Shown here in pieces: positions 28,207 to 38,795 of a DNA stretch of 64,000 nt. Every line of letters starts with the position of its first letter. Positions within the stretch are counted from its first letter, which is position 1. The translations under genes were made by a program, and so were the position numbers. Under the pieces are notes generated by a model. That model was not told the origin of the DNA. It ran no database searches and worked only from the letters and a program-made list of their open reading frames with translations. The stretch is from Promethearchaeota archaeon (lineage in GTDB: Archaea > Asgardarchaeota > Lokiarchaeia > Sigyniarchaeales > SOKP01), in the NCBI GenBank assembly GCA_030603385.1, contig JAUVXW010000003.1, forward strand, positions 64,001-128,000, given 5' to 3'.

Positions 28207-29874
28207 GTGATGATAATGACAAATGGTAAAAAAATTAAGGGTGGCGATGTTTTAGTTAAATGTCTTTTAGAAGAAGATGTTAAGTATATATTTGGGATAG
28301 TAGGTGGTCAACTTTTAACGATATATGATGCTGTTTACAGATGGGGCCGTGAAAAAGGAATTGATACCGTTATGTTTCGGCATGAACAAGCTGCAGCGCA
28401 CGCAGCCGATGCGTGGGCTAGAGTTACTAATACACCAGGAGTGTGCATGGGAACAGTTGGTCCTGGTACAACACACTTGCTTCCAGGTGTAGCGGCTGCG
28501 TGGAGTGATAATATTCCTGTAATTACAATAGTGGCGCAAATGCATAGTAGAGATATTGATAGATTCATGTATCAGTCAGGATTAGATCAAATAACAATGT
28601 ACAAACCCATAACCAAATACCAAAAAGCTGTCCACAAGATAGAAGAAATTCCTGATGCTGTCCGCAAATCTTTTCGAGAAGCTATGGGGGGACGTCCTAG
28701 ACCTGTTTTATTAGAATTGCAAGAAGATGCATTAATTGCAGAGATTGATGAAGATAAGGTCTCAATTCTTACCAAAAATCAATATCGGGCAATTGGAAAG
28801 CCTGCAGTTGATAATCAATTAATTAAAGATTCACTCAACCTGCTGTTAAACGCAAAGAATCCTCTAATTATCTCAGGTGGAGGAGTTGCTCGGGCTGAAG
28901 CATGGAATGAGTTACAAGAATTTGCAGAATACTTGCAAATCCCCGTTATAACTACTATAAGTGGTATTGGTACTCTCTCAAATCAATCAAAATGCCATTT
29001 AGGTTTATCGTTTATATCGCATATGTCAATGGGACGTGAAGCTGATGTAGTTTTAAGTCTTGGTTGTAAATTTTCTTTTATATTAGGACACGGTGCAGAG
29101 CCGGCATGGAAGGATTCCCAAACATTAATACAGGTTGATATTGATCCTAGCATGATTGGACGAAATAAACCAGTCACCTTAGGAATTGTGGCTGATTGCA
29201 AATCATTTTTAACTCAAATTCTTGAGGAAGTAAAGCATTCGAAGAGAATTGAGAAAAGAGAATGGTTAGAAAAACTCATTAAGTCCAAAAACCAATATGA
29301 TACAACAATGAAGAAAAGTGCTTCCAATGACAGTATACCAATCACCCCAGAAAGGATGGTAAAAGAAGTTTTGGAGTTTATTGATGAAGATGCAATATTA
29401 ATAATAGATGGTGGAAACATTGCAAGTAGTGCATTTAGACAAATTAATTCATACAAGGACAGGAAGCCATTATCGACACTTCAATCAACAGGTATGGGGC
29501 ACTTAGGAACTTCAGTACCATGGGGTATAGGCGCTAAGCTGGCAAAACCAGAAAAACAAGTAATATCGATTTCAGGGGATGGTAGTTTCATGATAAATAT
29601 ACAAGATTTACAAACGGCAGTAAGTTTAGGCTTTAATAACTTGATCTTTGTAGTAGCTAATAATAGTGCGTGGGGTATGATTAAGACAGGGCAACAACAT
29701 GCGTTTGGCAAGCGATATATTGACGTAGACCTCCCTGAGTTTGATTATGCTAAATGTGCTGAGGCATTTGGATGTTATGGTGAATCTGTATCTGATCCCA
29801 ATGAAATTAAAAATGCTCTTGAACGCGCTAAAAACTCAAACAAACCAGCAGTCATTGATGTAAAAACTAAATAA
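28207..29874 (+). CDS. TPP-dependent enzyme (acetolactate synthase / 2-hydroxyacyl-CoA lyase-like), paralog 1; C-terminal tail missing
   Basis: RHEQAAAHAADAWAR, TVGPG and GDGSF...NNSAWG motifs; ends at VKTK, about 15-17 aa shorter than its paralogs. Confidence 0.88.
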   Translation: MMIMTNGKKIKGGDVLVKCLLEEDVKYIFGIVGGQLLTIYDAVYRWGREKGIDTVMFRHEQAAAHAADAWARVTNTPGVCMGTVGPGTTHLLPGVAAAWSDNIPVITIVAQMHSRDIDRFMYQSGLDQITMYKPITKYQKAVHKIEEIPDAVRKSFREAMGGRPRPVLLELQEDALIAEIDEDKVSILTKNQYRAIGKPAVDNQLIKDSLNLLLNAKNPLIISGGGVARAEAWNELQEFAEYLQIPVITTISGIGTLSNQSKCHLGLSFISHMSMGREADVVLSLGCKFSFILGHGAEPAWKDSQTLIQVDIDPSMIGRNKPVTLGIVADCKSFLTQILEEVKHSKRIEKREWLEKLIKSKNQYDTTMKKSASNDSIPITPERMVKEVLEFIDEDAILIIDGGNIASSAFRQINSYKDRKPLSTLQSTGMGHLGTSVPWGIGAKLAKPEKQVISISGDGSFMINIQDLQTAVSLGFNNLIFVVANNSAWGMIKTGQQHAFGKRYIDVDLPEFDYAKCAEAFGCYGESVSDPNEIKNALERAKNSNKPAVIDVKTK

Positions 29875-30136
29875 TAAACTTTTAGTCTAATGGCAAAGAT
29901 CTGGTCGCACTTACGATAATTTTGAAAAATGTCAGTTAGAATAAATAATGATTCTGAAGATCTTTTTTTTACTTCTATTTCTAATGAAATCTGTTAATAA
30001 ATAATTGGTATGATTCTACGATTTCATTCGATTCTGTAAAATCATAATTTTTTAATTATTTGTTGATTAGTTAATTATATAAATATTCAAGTCAAGATTA
30101 ATATCAAACTTATTATCCTTTTAAGATGTCAAAAGA

Positions 30137-31852
30137 ATGTCGAGTGGTAAAAAAATTAATGGTGGCGATGTTTTAATTAAATGCCTTTTAGAAGAAAATG
30201 TTAAATATATGTTTGGTATCCCTGGTGGGCAATTATTAAGTATGTATGATGCTGTTTATCGATGGGGTAGAGAAAAAGGTATCGATACTGTAATGTTTCG
30301 TCATGAACAGGCAGCTGCGCATGCAGCAGATGCTTGGGCAAGAATTACCAATACCCCAGGTGTTTGTTTTGGGACTGTTGGTCCTGGTGCGATGCATCTA
30401 GTTCCTGGTGTTGGGGCAGCATGGGCGGATAATATACCTGTTATAGCCATTGTACCTCAAGTTGATATTGCTTTACAGGATACTTTTACATTACAAGGGA
30501 ATCTTGATCAGGTAGCGTTATTTAAACCAATTACAAAATACCAAAAAAGTATAAGAGAATTAAAAAAAATTCCGGATGCAGTTCATAAAATATTTCGGGA
30601 GGCAACAGGAGGGCGACCTCAGCCTGTATTATTAGAAATTTTTCCAGATGCTTTGATTGAGCGTGTTAAGGAAGAAGATCTTCAAATTCTGTCAGCTAAA
30701 CAATATAGGGCGATTAATAAGCCAGCAATTTCTAAAGATATAATTAGCAAATCATTAGATTTATTATTAAGTGCGGAGAAACCTTTGATTGTATCTGGGG
30801 GAGGTGTCACACGATCAGGAGGATGGGATGAAGTACAGGAATTAGCAGAATATTTACAGATCCCTGTGATTACCACAGTTATGGGTACAGGGACGATGTC
30901 ATCGAGATCAAAATGTAATCTTGGAGTAGCAATGAATAATGCTATTTTTCAGGCAACTAGTCAGTCAGATATGGTTTTAGCTCTTGGTTGCAAATTTGGG
31001 TTTTCTATGGGGCATGGTAAATCACCTACTTGGAGTAAATCCCAAAAGATGATACAAGTTGATATTGACCCAACAATAATTGGTCGTGCTAAGCCAATTA
31101 CACTAGGTATTGAGGGGGATTGTAAAATATTTCTAAAACAAATTCTTGAGGAAGTTAAGAAAACTAAAGAAGTTGAAAAAAGAGAGTGGATGGAGACTTT
31201 AGCTGAAAGTAGGAAGAGTGTTATTGAATCAAAGATTAATGTAGCTTCAAATGATGAGATCCCAATAGATCCTCAAAGAATGATTAAAGATGTATTTCAA
31301 TTTATGGATGATGATGCTATATTAATTATCGATGGCGGAAATATTGCATTTTATGCTTTAGAGCAAATTGATTACTATAAACCCAGGAAACCTCTCTCAA
31401 CTCTTCAGGCAATCGGAATGGGACATCTTGGGGTATCTGTACCATATGGAATTGCCGCAAAATTAGCAAAACCAGACAAACAGGTAATTTCAATTTCTGG
31501 TGATGGGGCTTTTATGATAAATATCAATGATCTAGAAACTGCTGTAAGGCTTGGTTTGAAAAATTTAATTTATGTTATTGGGAATAACAGTGCATGGGGG
31601 ATGATTAAAGTTGGGCAAGAATTTGGGTATCAAAAGCGTTATATAGATGTAGATTTTCCAGATTTTGATTTTGCCAGATGTGCTGAGGGATTTGGATGTT
31701 ATGGGGAAGTAATAACTGATCCAAATGAAATCACCCCTGCTCTTAATAGAGCTAAAAACTCAGGTAAACCAGCAGTATTAGATGTTAAAATCAAATACGC
31801 CACCCCTGATGTTCTTATGTTATTGTTTTCATTGGGAGTATATTTTAGGTAA
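30137..31852 (+). CDS. TPP-dependent enzyme (ALS/HACL-like), paralog 2
   Basis: Same motifs as paralog 1 (RHEQ, GDGAF...NNSAWG). Confidence 0.9.
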   Translation: MSSGKKINGGDVLIKCLLEENVKYMFGIPGGQLLSMYDAVYRWGREKGIDTVMFRHEQAAAHAADAWARITNTPGVCFGTVGPGAMHLVPGVGAAWADNIPVIAIVPQVDIALQDTFTLQGNLDQVALFKPITKYQKSIRELKKIPDAVHKIFREATGGRPQPVLLEIFPDALIERVKEEDLQILSAKQYRAINKPAISKDIISKSLDLLLSAEKPLIVSGGGVTRSGGWDEVQELAEYLQIPVITTVMGTGTMSSRSKCNLGVAMNNAIFQATSQSDMVLALGCKFGFSMGHGKSPTWSKSQKMIQVDIDPTIIGRAKPITLGIEGDCKIFLKQILEEVKKTKEVEKREWMETLAESRKSVIESKINVASNDEIPIDPQRMIKDVFQFMDDDAILIIDGGNIAFYALEQIDYYKPRKPLSTLQAIGMGHLGVSVPYGIAAKLAKPDKQVISISGDGAFMININDLETAVRLGLKNLIYVIGNNSAWGMIKVGQEFGYQKRYIDVDFPDFDFARCAEGFGCYGEVITDPNEITPALNRAKNSGKPAVLDVKIKYATPDVLMLLFSLGVYFR

Positions 31853-31910
31853 ATATTTAAAAAACAAAAAATAAAAGAAATACCAATTTTTATATAAATT
31901 TTTACATTAG

Positions 31911-33632
31911 GTGAAAAATTTGGCAGAAGAAAAGAAAATGATGAATGGTGGAGATGTTTTAGTGAAATGTCTCCTCCAAGAAAATGTGAAATATATGTTT
32001 GGAATCCCTGGTGGACAACTCCTTACTATGTATGATGCTATTTATCGATGGGGAAAAGAACAAGGTATAAGCACTATTTTATTCAGACATGAACAAGCAG
32101 CTGCTCATGCTGCTGATGCTTGGGCAAGACTAACTAATACTCCTGGAGTTTGCTTTGGAACAGTTGGTCCAGGAGCAACTCATCTTATTCCGGGAGTTGG
32201 GGCGGCGTGGGGTGATAGTATACCTGTTATTGCAATAGTACCACAGGTGAATAGTAGATTTGAAGATCACCAAACTCTACAAGGAAATCTTGATCAAATA
32301 ACGCTGTTCAAACCTATTACAAAATATCAAAAAAGCATTCGTAAAATTGAAGAGATACCTGATGCAGTTCGGAAAGTGTTTCGGGAAGCAACAAGTGGGC
32401 GTCCTAGACCCGTATTTTTAGAAATTTTTGAAGATGCATTTCTCGAAGAAATCGAAGAAAATAAGCTGTCAATATTATCTTCTGATAGATATAGGGCTAT
32501 TGGAAAACCCGCTGTTAACGATGAATTAATAAAAGAATCCCTAGATCTTTTACTAAATGCTGAAAAACCAATAATAATATCTGGTGGAGGAGTCTCAAGA
32601 GCAGGAGCTTGGAAGGAACTAGAAGAGTTTGCTGAGTATTTACAAATCCCGGTTATTACTTCCATCATGGGGATTGGTACGATTTCAAATAAATCTAAGT
32701 GTTTAGTTGGGGCTTCATTGGGAGGTCCTGCTGTTTCAGTAACGATAGAAGCAGACGTGATTTTAGCACTAGGCGTAAGATTTTCACATATATTAGGACA
32801 TGGTGAAGAACCATTTTGGAAAGACTCACAAAAGTTGATACAAGTCGATATTGACCCTACTAACATTGGAAGGGCGAAACCGATAACATTAGGTATTGTT
32901 GCTGATTGCAACATGTTTTTGAAGCAAATCCTTGAAGATGTAAAGAAGACCAAGAAGATTGAAAAAAGAGAGTGGTTGGAAAATGTTTTTGATGGTAGAC
33001 AAAAGGCGATTGAGGCTAATAACAAAAAAGCTTCAAGAGATAAAATTCCAATCATCCCCCAAAGATTAATCAAAGATGTCCTTGAATATATAGATGAGGA
33101 TGGAATATTAATAATTGATGCGGGAGATCTTACATGTTATGCTATGGAACAGATCGATTTTCATAAACCATTAGGACCTCTTTCAGTTCTTAATTCTGTA
33201 GGTATGGGGCATCTTGGAACATCTGTTCCCTATGGAATTGGAGCTAAATTAGCTAAACCCGATAAACAAGTTATTTCTTTATCTGGTGATGGCAGCTTTA
33301 TGATCAATATCCAAGATCTTGAGACTGCTGTGAGGTTAAATCTTAAAAATCTAATATATGTGATTGCTAACAATAGTGCGTGGGGGATGATTAAGTCAGG
33401 TCAAAAATTAGCGATGGGTAAACGTTATATAGATACAGATTTGCCAGAGTTTAATTATGCTGCTTGTGCTGAAGGATTTGGTTGTTATGGTGAAGTTGTC
33501 ACTGATCCTAATGAAATTAAACCTGCACTCGAACGAGCTAAAAATTCAAACAAACCCGCAGTAATAGATGTGAAAATAAAATATGATACTCCTGATGGCA
33601 CAAAATTACTGCTATCTATGGGTGTTCTATAA
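31911..33632 (+). CDS. TPP-dependent enzyme (ALS/HACL-like), paralog 3
   Basis: Same motifs as paralog 1 (RHEQ, GDGSF...NNSAWG). Confidence 0.9.
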   Translation: MKNLAEEKKMMNGGDVLVKCLLQENVKYMFGIPGGQLLTMYDAIYRWGKEQGISTILFRHEQAAAHAADAWARLTNTPGVCFGTVGPGATHLIPGVGAAWGDSIPVIAIVPQVNSRFEDHQTLQGNLDQITLFKPITKYQKSIRKIEEIPDAVRKVFREATSGRPRPVFLEIFEDAFLEEIEENKLSILSSDRYRAIGKPAVNDELIKESLDLLLNAEKPIIISGGGVSRAGAWKELEEFAEYLQIPVITSIMGIGTISNKSKCLVGASLGGPAVSVTIEADVILALGVRFSHILGHGEEPFWKDSQKLIQVDIDPTNIGRAKPITLGIVADCNMFLKQILEDVKKTKKIEKREWLENVFDGRQKAIEANNKKASRDKIPIIPQRLIKDVLEYIDEDGILIIDAGDLTCYAMEQIDFHKPLGPLSVLNSVGMGHLGTSVPYGIGAKLAKPDKQVISLSGDGSFMINIQDLETAVRLNLKNLIYVIANNSAWGMIKSGQKLAMGKRYIDTDLPEFNYAACAEGFGCYGEVVTDPNEIKPALERAKNSNKPAVIDVKIKYDTPDGTKLLLSMGVL

Positions 33633-33677
33633 TTTTTCTTATTTTTTTTATTTCTTTTTAACTAAAATTATAAATGT

Positions 33678-34709
33678 ATGTGTTATACTATGAAAGGAGT
33701 AATTTTTGAAGGGAAACATAAGATTTCAATTAAAGATGATTTAATAAAACCAGAAATAAATCCGGATGAAGTCTTAATTAAGGTGAAGAAAGTAGGTATT
33801 TGCGGGACAGGAGTTGGCTCTTATGAGAGTGGAGGGCCATATATCCCTGGTAACATTGTTGGTCATGAATTTTCTGGAGAAATCATCGAGATTGGGGAGA
33901 AAGTTAAGAAATTAAAGATTGGGAATAGAATAACTGTAAATCCTCAAATTCCTTGCCATGAATGTTATTATTGTATTCATGATCAAGAAAACAAGTGTAA
34001 GCTACAAAATTATGCACTTGGTACAACAGAACATGGTGCTATGAGAGACTATATTAACGTTAAAGCAGAAAGAGTTCATATTTTGCCCGATAATGTTTCT
34101 TATGAAAATGGAGCCATTGTAGAACCATTATCGATCGCAATAAACGCAGTTCAAGAATCTGATTTTAAAATTGGTGATAAAGCAGCAATTATTGGCGCAG
34201 GTCCAATCGGATTAATGGTGATTCAAGTATTACGAGTTTCTGGAGCTCAAAAAATATTTGTACTGGAACCTGTGGAATCAAAGCAAAAAAAAGCACTTGA
34301 TCTAGGCGCCGATAGAGTTTTTAATCCTAATGCTTGGAATAAAATTGTAAGATTAGCTGACAAAATAGGACCTGATCATGTATATGATTGTGTGGGATTA
34401 TCATCTACTGTAAGTACTTCTCTATCTCTCATTAAGAAAGGAGGCTGTATTACTGTAATAGGAATGCATGATAGTACATATGAATTAAAAAACGCTGGGT
34501 TACTAACAATAAATAGCATTACAATGAAAGGAGTTTATGGCTACAAACAAGAGACTTTTAGAACAGCTATAAGCTTGTTAGAACAAGGAAAAGTAAGTGG
34601 TGAGTTAATTATTACAAACCGAATAAAAATAGAAGAAGTCCCCCAAATGTTTGAAAAATTAGCAAATCCTCCTCATGATGAATTAAAAGTTATGGTTGAT
34701 TTTGAATAA
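33678..34709 (+). CDS. Zn-dependent medium-chain alcohol dehydrogenase (threonine/sorbitol DH-like)
   Basis: GICGT, GHEFSG, structural Zn motif CHECYYC...C and GAGPIG; ATG at 33690 is a likely start. Confidence 0.9.
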   Translation: MCYTMKGVIFEGKHKISIKDDLIKPEINPDEVLIKVKKVGICGTGVGSYESGGPYIPGNIVGHEFSGEIIEIGEKVKKLKIGNRITVNPQIPCHECYYCIHDQENKCKLQNYALGTTEHGAMRDYINVKAERVHILPDNVSYENGAIVEPLSIAINAVQESDFKIGDKAAIIGAGPIGLMVIQVLRVSGAQKIFVLEPVESKQKKALDLGADRVFNPNAWNKIVRLADKIGPDHVYDCVGLSSTVSTSLSLIKKGGCITVIGMHDSTYELKNAGLLTINSITMKGVYGYKQETFRTAISLLEQGKVSGELIITNRIKIEEVPQMFEKLANPPHDELKVMVDFE

Positions 34710-34826
34710 AATAAAAATAGCATTTTTCCACTTTTTCTTCCATATTTTTTCATAAAAATATTTTAAGAATTTCGACTAATACTAATTATAATTTAAATTT
34801 TATAACTACTATAGGAAGTTGGATCA

Positions 34827-36107
34827 ATGTTAAATAAGAAAGGAGAAGTCCAATGTATTAATGATGAAATACTTGAAAAGATGAGTTTGAAACATCGCTA
34901 TAATTTCTTAAATAACAATTTAATGAGCATTTTAAAACCCGATGACTTTAATTTCTTAAAACAAGCTCAAAAGTTTTTTCTTAGATTTGAAAAAAAAAAT
35001 AATATCACCCATAATGAAGATTTCTATGATTGGATTCCTGAAATTGGAAAGGAAGGTTTAGTCACCAGAATAAATAGTTTTAAAGAATTAGGGTTAAATT
35101 ATGAACCATATGGAATGACAGCCGAATTCATGAGGTGTTTAGCTATTGATTTTTTTGATCCTCAATTAGCTATGGGAGTCGGGGCGAATGTTTTATGTGT
35201 AAATCCTCTAATGTCTCATCATGAAGATGTGGATGAACGTTTGAAAGCACTTAAAGAATTGGTTACAGGAGAAAAGATTGGATGTATATGTATTACTGAA
35301 CCAGAAAGAGGTTCTGATGCGTTACATATGTTAACAACTTGTGAAGAAAATAAGGATGGCAGCTATACTATAAATGGTGAAAAAATTTATCAAACTAATG
35401 GAGCTAAAGCAGATTTAGCCGTAGTATATGCTGTTGCAGAGGAAAATAACGGAAATACAATGGCCCAATTTTTAGTAGATACATCATGGGAAGGATGGAA
35501 TGTTGAAAGGTTGAATATCCCTTGGACGCCAAGAGTATCTATCGGGAAGGAAACTTTTACAAATTTAAGAGTTCCTGCAGAATATGTTTTAGCCAAGCCA
35601 GGTATGGGTAGGGAACACCTTTTTGAAGGATTAAATTTGGAGCGGTTAGGTATCGTACTACTTAACGTATCAGAAGCGTGGAATGCAATTTCTCATGCCA
35701 CAATATATGCGAATATGAGAAAACAGTTTGATCAAGAGATATTAAAATATCAGGGAGTTGGGTTTCCCTTAGCAGATATGTGGGCAAAAACTATGAGTCT
35801 TACTTTAGCAGCATTACATATCTGTCAAATCATTGATGAAAAAATAGAGCAATTTGGCACTCTTCCGCAGAATTTTAATTTAACTCTTGTTGTAACTGCT
35901 TCGCAATTAAAATCTCAAAGTGCTAAATTAACTGAAAGAGTTTGTTTTGGGTGCGCTGATCTAATGGGAGGTGCTGGTTTGTGTGACAATACTTTAATGA
36001 GTGATTTATTAGGAATATCAAGAATTCATCAAGTTGGAGGAGGAACATCTCAAATTCAGAAGTATATTATGTCTTTGGCTCTAAGACAGCTTTTTAAGCT
36101 TCTATAA
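34827..36107 (+). CDS. Acyl-CoA dehydrogenase
   Basis: CITEPERGSD, INGEKIYQTNG, LNLERL, RKQFDQ and GGGTSQIQK motifs. Confidence 0.9.
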   Translation: MLNKKGEVQCINDEILEKMSLKHRYNFLNNNLMSILKPDDFNFLKQAQKFFLRFEKKNNITHNEDFYDWIPEIGKEGLVTRINSFKELGLNYEPYGMTAEFMRCLAIDFFDPQLAMGVGANVLCVNPLMSHHEDVDERLKALKELVTGEKIGCICITEPERGSDALHMLTTCEENKDGSYTINGEKIYQTNGAKADLAVVYAVAEENNGNTMAQFLVDTSWEGWNVERLNIPWTPRVSIGKETFTNLRVPAEYVLAKPGMGREHLFEGLNLERLGIVLLNVSEAWNAISHATIYANMRKQFDQEILKYQGVGFPLADMWAKTMSLTLAALHICQIIDEKIEQFGTLPQNFNLTLVVTASQLKSQSAKLTERVCFGCADLMGGAGLCDNTLMSDLLGISRIHQVGGGTSQIQKYIMSLALRQLFKLL

Positions 36108-36141
36108 TAAACTTCAATAAAGTTATTAAGAGTAGAATAAA

Positions 36142-36963
36142 ATGAAAATAGAAGATTTAAGTGAAGTAATTTATGAAAAAGAAGAAAATGGAATTTGTAC
36201 GCTTACATTCAATATCCCAAAGAGGAGAAATGCTTTATCCTATGTCACATTCTTAGAGATTTGGACTGTTCTTGATGATATGGAAAAAGATAAGAATGCT
36301 AAAATACTCGTAATTACTGGTTGTAAGGAAGCTAATGCTTTTTCTTCGGGAGGTTATTTTAATATGAAATATGTTACATCTATTTCTCCAGAAATTATGA
36401 AGGAAATCGATCTAATGGATATAGCTCAGAAGAGATTATGTATGAAATTTTGGAGTTTTAATAAACCAGTTATTGCTGCTATTAATGGATTAGCTGTAGG
36501 TATAGGAATTACATTGCCTCTAGTTGGGGCTGATTTGATTTACATGTCAGAAGATGCATGGTTAGGGTTTTATTTTGTAAAACGAGCAGTAATTCCAGAA
36601 TTTAGCTCATCTTTTATCCTTCCTTTTTTAGTTGGTTTTCAAAAAGCAAAAGAAATTATATTTTTTGGTGATAAAATTACTGCTCGTGAAGCAGAAAACC
36701 TTGGATTAGTTAATAAAATATTAGCTCCTAATGATTTAATGCCTTATGCAAGAGAACAAGCCTTACGTTTAATTCCTCCCAAAGCTCCTTCACTTGCTCT
36801 CAATCGAATGAAAAGGGTAATGCATGATTATTTTAAAGATATTTTGTCAAAAACATTGGATTTAGAAAATGAAGCACTTAGGGAATCAATGAAAACTAGT
36901 GATTTTAGAGCAGCGACAAAATCATTAACTACAAAAGAAGATCCTGAATTTAAAGGAAAGTGA
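36142..36963 (+). CDS. Enoyl-CoA hydratase/isomerase family protein
   Basis: AFSSGG, KPVIAAINGLAVGIG, IPEFSSS and AENLGLVNK motifs. Confidence 0.88.
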   Translation: MKIEDLSEVIYEKEENGICTLTFNIPKRRNALSYVTFLEIWTVLDDMEKDKNAKILVITGCKEANAFSSGGYFNMKYVTSISPEIMKEIDLMDIAQKRLCMKFWSFNKPVIAAINGLAVGIGITLPLVGADLIYMSEDAWLGFYFVKRAVIPEFSSSFILPFLVGFQKAKEIIFFGDKITAREAENLGLVNKILAPNDLMPYAREQALRLIPPKAPSLALNRMKRVMHDYFKDILSKTLDLENEALRESMKTSDFRAATKSLTTKEDPEFKGK

Positions 36964-37097
36964 ATAAAGTTATTATTTTAAAATTAATAGTATAGTTTTT
37001 TTTTTCATCGAAACTCTTATTAAATGTGCGGGATATTTAATATTTTTATTTTGAAGGATTTATAAAAAAAGTTTTTTACAAAGAGAAAGTCGATATT

Positions 37098-38780
37098 ATG
37101 AATACGAAGTGTAAATTTGTATTTGTTACGGGAGGTGTTATGTCTGGAATTGGAAAAGGCGTCGCTACTGCCAGTATTGGGAAAGTTCTTCAATTTCGGG
37201 GTTTTAAAATATCCGTGGTTAAAATCGATCCTTATCTAAATGTGGATCCCGGAACATTAAATCCCATAGAGCATGGAGAATGCTTTATTACAGAAGATGT
37301 ATGGGAATTTGAGCCCGTTTACGAATCTGATGAAAGATCATACCGAATCTCAGAAATCGATCAAGATTTCGGTACGTATTCCAGAATACTGGGTATTGAG
37401 ATGCACCCTTCTCATAACATAACATCAGGGCAAATATATCTTTCTACAATCCTTAGTGAAAGAAAGGGAAGATTTTTAGGAAAAACAGTTCAGATAATTC
37501 CACATGTTACTGACATAATTAAAGAAAGGTTAATGGAAATTGCTGAAAAGGAAGTCTTAGATGTGTTATTAATTGAATGTGGTGGAACTGTAGGGGATTT
37601 AGAGTCAAGTATCTTTTTAGAGGCATTCAGGCAAATAAAATTAGAATCACCTAAACGAACTGCTTTTATTCATGTGACCTTAGTACCATATTCTCGGGCA
37701 GTAGGGCAACAGAAGTCCAAACCAACTCAACATTCTGTTAAGATGCTTCAAAGTATTGGATTACAACCTGATATAATAATAGGGAGAAGTGAAAAACCCT
37801 TAGATATGGCGGTAAAACGAAAAATCTCACTCTATACTAATGTACCTGAAAATGCCGTAATTTCAAATCCAGACTTAGAGGTTATATATGAATTACCTTT
37901 ACTTTTTGAGGAGCAGGGGTTAGGAGACCTAATATGTGAGCTTATAGACCTCAAGGCAAAATTAGTATCTTATAATGAAGTTACCAATTACTCTGAATGG
38001 TTAAAAATGGTTGAATTATTCAAGAAACCTAAAGACACTATAAAAATAGCTATGCCTGGCAAATATTTTAATATTTCAGATTCCTATATCTCTATTAATG
38101 TTGCTTTAGAAGATGCTGCCGCCCATCATGGATACAAAACAGAATTAAAAATGATAGATATTGATGAAAATACGAATATTCAGGAAGAACTAAATGATTG
38201 TGATGGTGTCTTACTAACACCTGGATTTGGTGAAAGAGCTGTAGAAGGAATGATTACATCTGCAGAATATGTAATGGAAAACAAACTGCCCTTTCTTGGT
38301 GTATGTTTCGGGGCTCAACTGTTTTTTATAGCATTTTGTAGGAAATATTTAGGTTTAAAAGGAGCCAATTCGACAGAAATTGATCCAAACACTCAATATC
38401 CCGTGATAGATCTCTTAGAGAGTCAAAAAAGCGTTACTGAGAAAGGAGGAACTATGAGATTAGGTGCTCAAAAAATTTTAGTTGAAAAAGGAACAAAATT
38501 ATTTGAAGCATACAAACAAAATGAGATTTTTGAAAGATTTAGGCACAGATTTCATATTCAAGAACAATTTATCACTGATGAAGCTAAAAATAAAGGTATG
38601 GTTATTTCTAGTCGAGATGAAACAGGTAAGATTATAAACAGTATTGAACTAAAAAGAAAGGATCATTGGATGGTTGGTGTTCAATTTCATCCTGAATTCA
38701 AATCAAGACCATATAAACCATCTCCAATGTATTTCGATTTCTTAAAAGAGTGTATAAAGTATAAAAAGTCGAAAAAATGA
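37098..38780 (+). CDS. pyrG: CTP synthase
   Basis: GGVMSGIGKG, KIDPYLNVDPGT, GGTVGD, KSKPTQHS, GVCFG and QFHPEF motifs. Confidence 0.97.
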   Translation: MNTKCKFVFVTGGVMSGIGKGVATASIGKVLQFRGFKISVVKIDPYLNVDPGTLNPIEHGECFITEDVWEFEPVYESDERSYRISEIDQDFGTYSRILGIEMHPSHNITSGQIYLSTILSERKGRFLGKTVQIIPHVTDIIKERLMEIAEKEVLDVLLIECGGTVGDLESSIFLEAFRQIKLESPKRTAFIHVTLVPYSRAVGQQKSKPTQHSVKMLQSIGLQPDIIIGRSEKPLDMAVKRKISLYTNVPENAVISNPDLEVIYELPLLFEEQGLGDLICELIDLKAKLVSYNEVTNYSEWLKMVELFKKPKDTIKIAMPGKYFNISDSYISINVALEDAAAHHGYKTELKMIDIDENTNIQEELNDCDGVLLTPGFGERAVEGMITSAEYVMENKLPFLGVCFGAQLFFIAFCRKYLGLKGANSTEIDPNTQYPVIDLLESQKSVTEKGGTMRLGAQKILVEKGTKLFEAYKQNEIFERFRHRFHIQEQFITDEAKNKGMVISSRDETGKIINSIELKRKDHWMVGVQFHPEFKSRPYKPSPMYFDFLKECIKYKKSKK

Positions 38781-38795
38781 TGAATCGTTTCTTTT

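Noticed and set aside
29940-30045. Several GATTCT-like words between TPP paralogs 1 and 2
   Set aside because: Short, irregularly spaced and AT-rich; not a CRISPR array and not distinguishable from chance
32327-33073. 248-aa antisense ORF and many other short ORFs (e.g. 2218..2547, 47276..47590, 56072..56509)
   Set aside because: They lie wholly opposite or within well-supported genes and have no motifs; these are shadow ORFs
33795-33820. ADH motif CGTG instead of the usual CG(T/S)D
   Set aside because: A single substitution with the Zn ligands (Cys, GHE) intact; too weak to claim altered function
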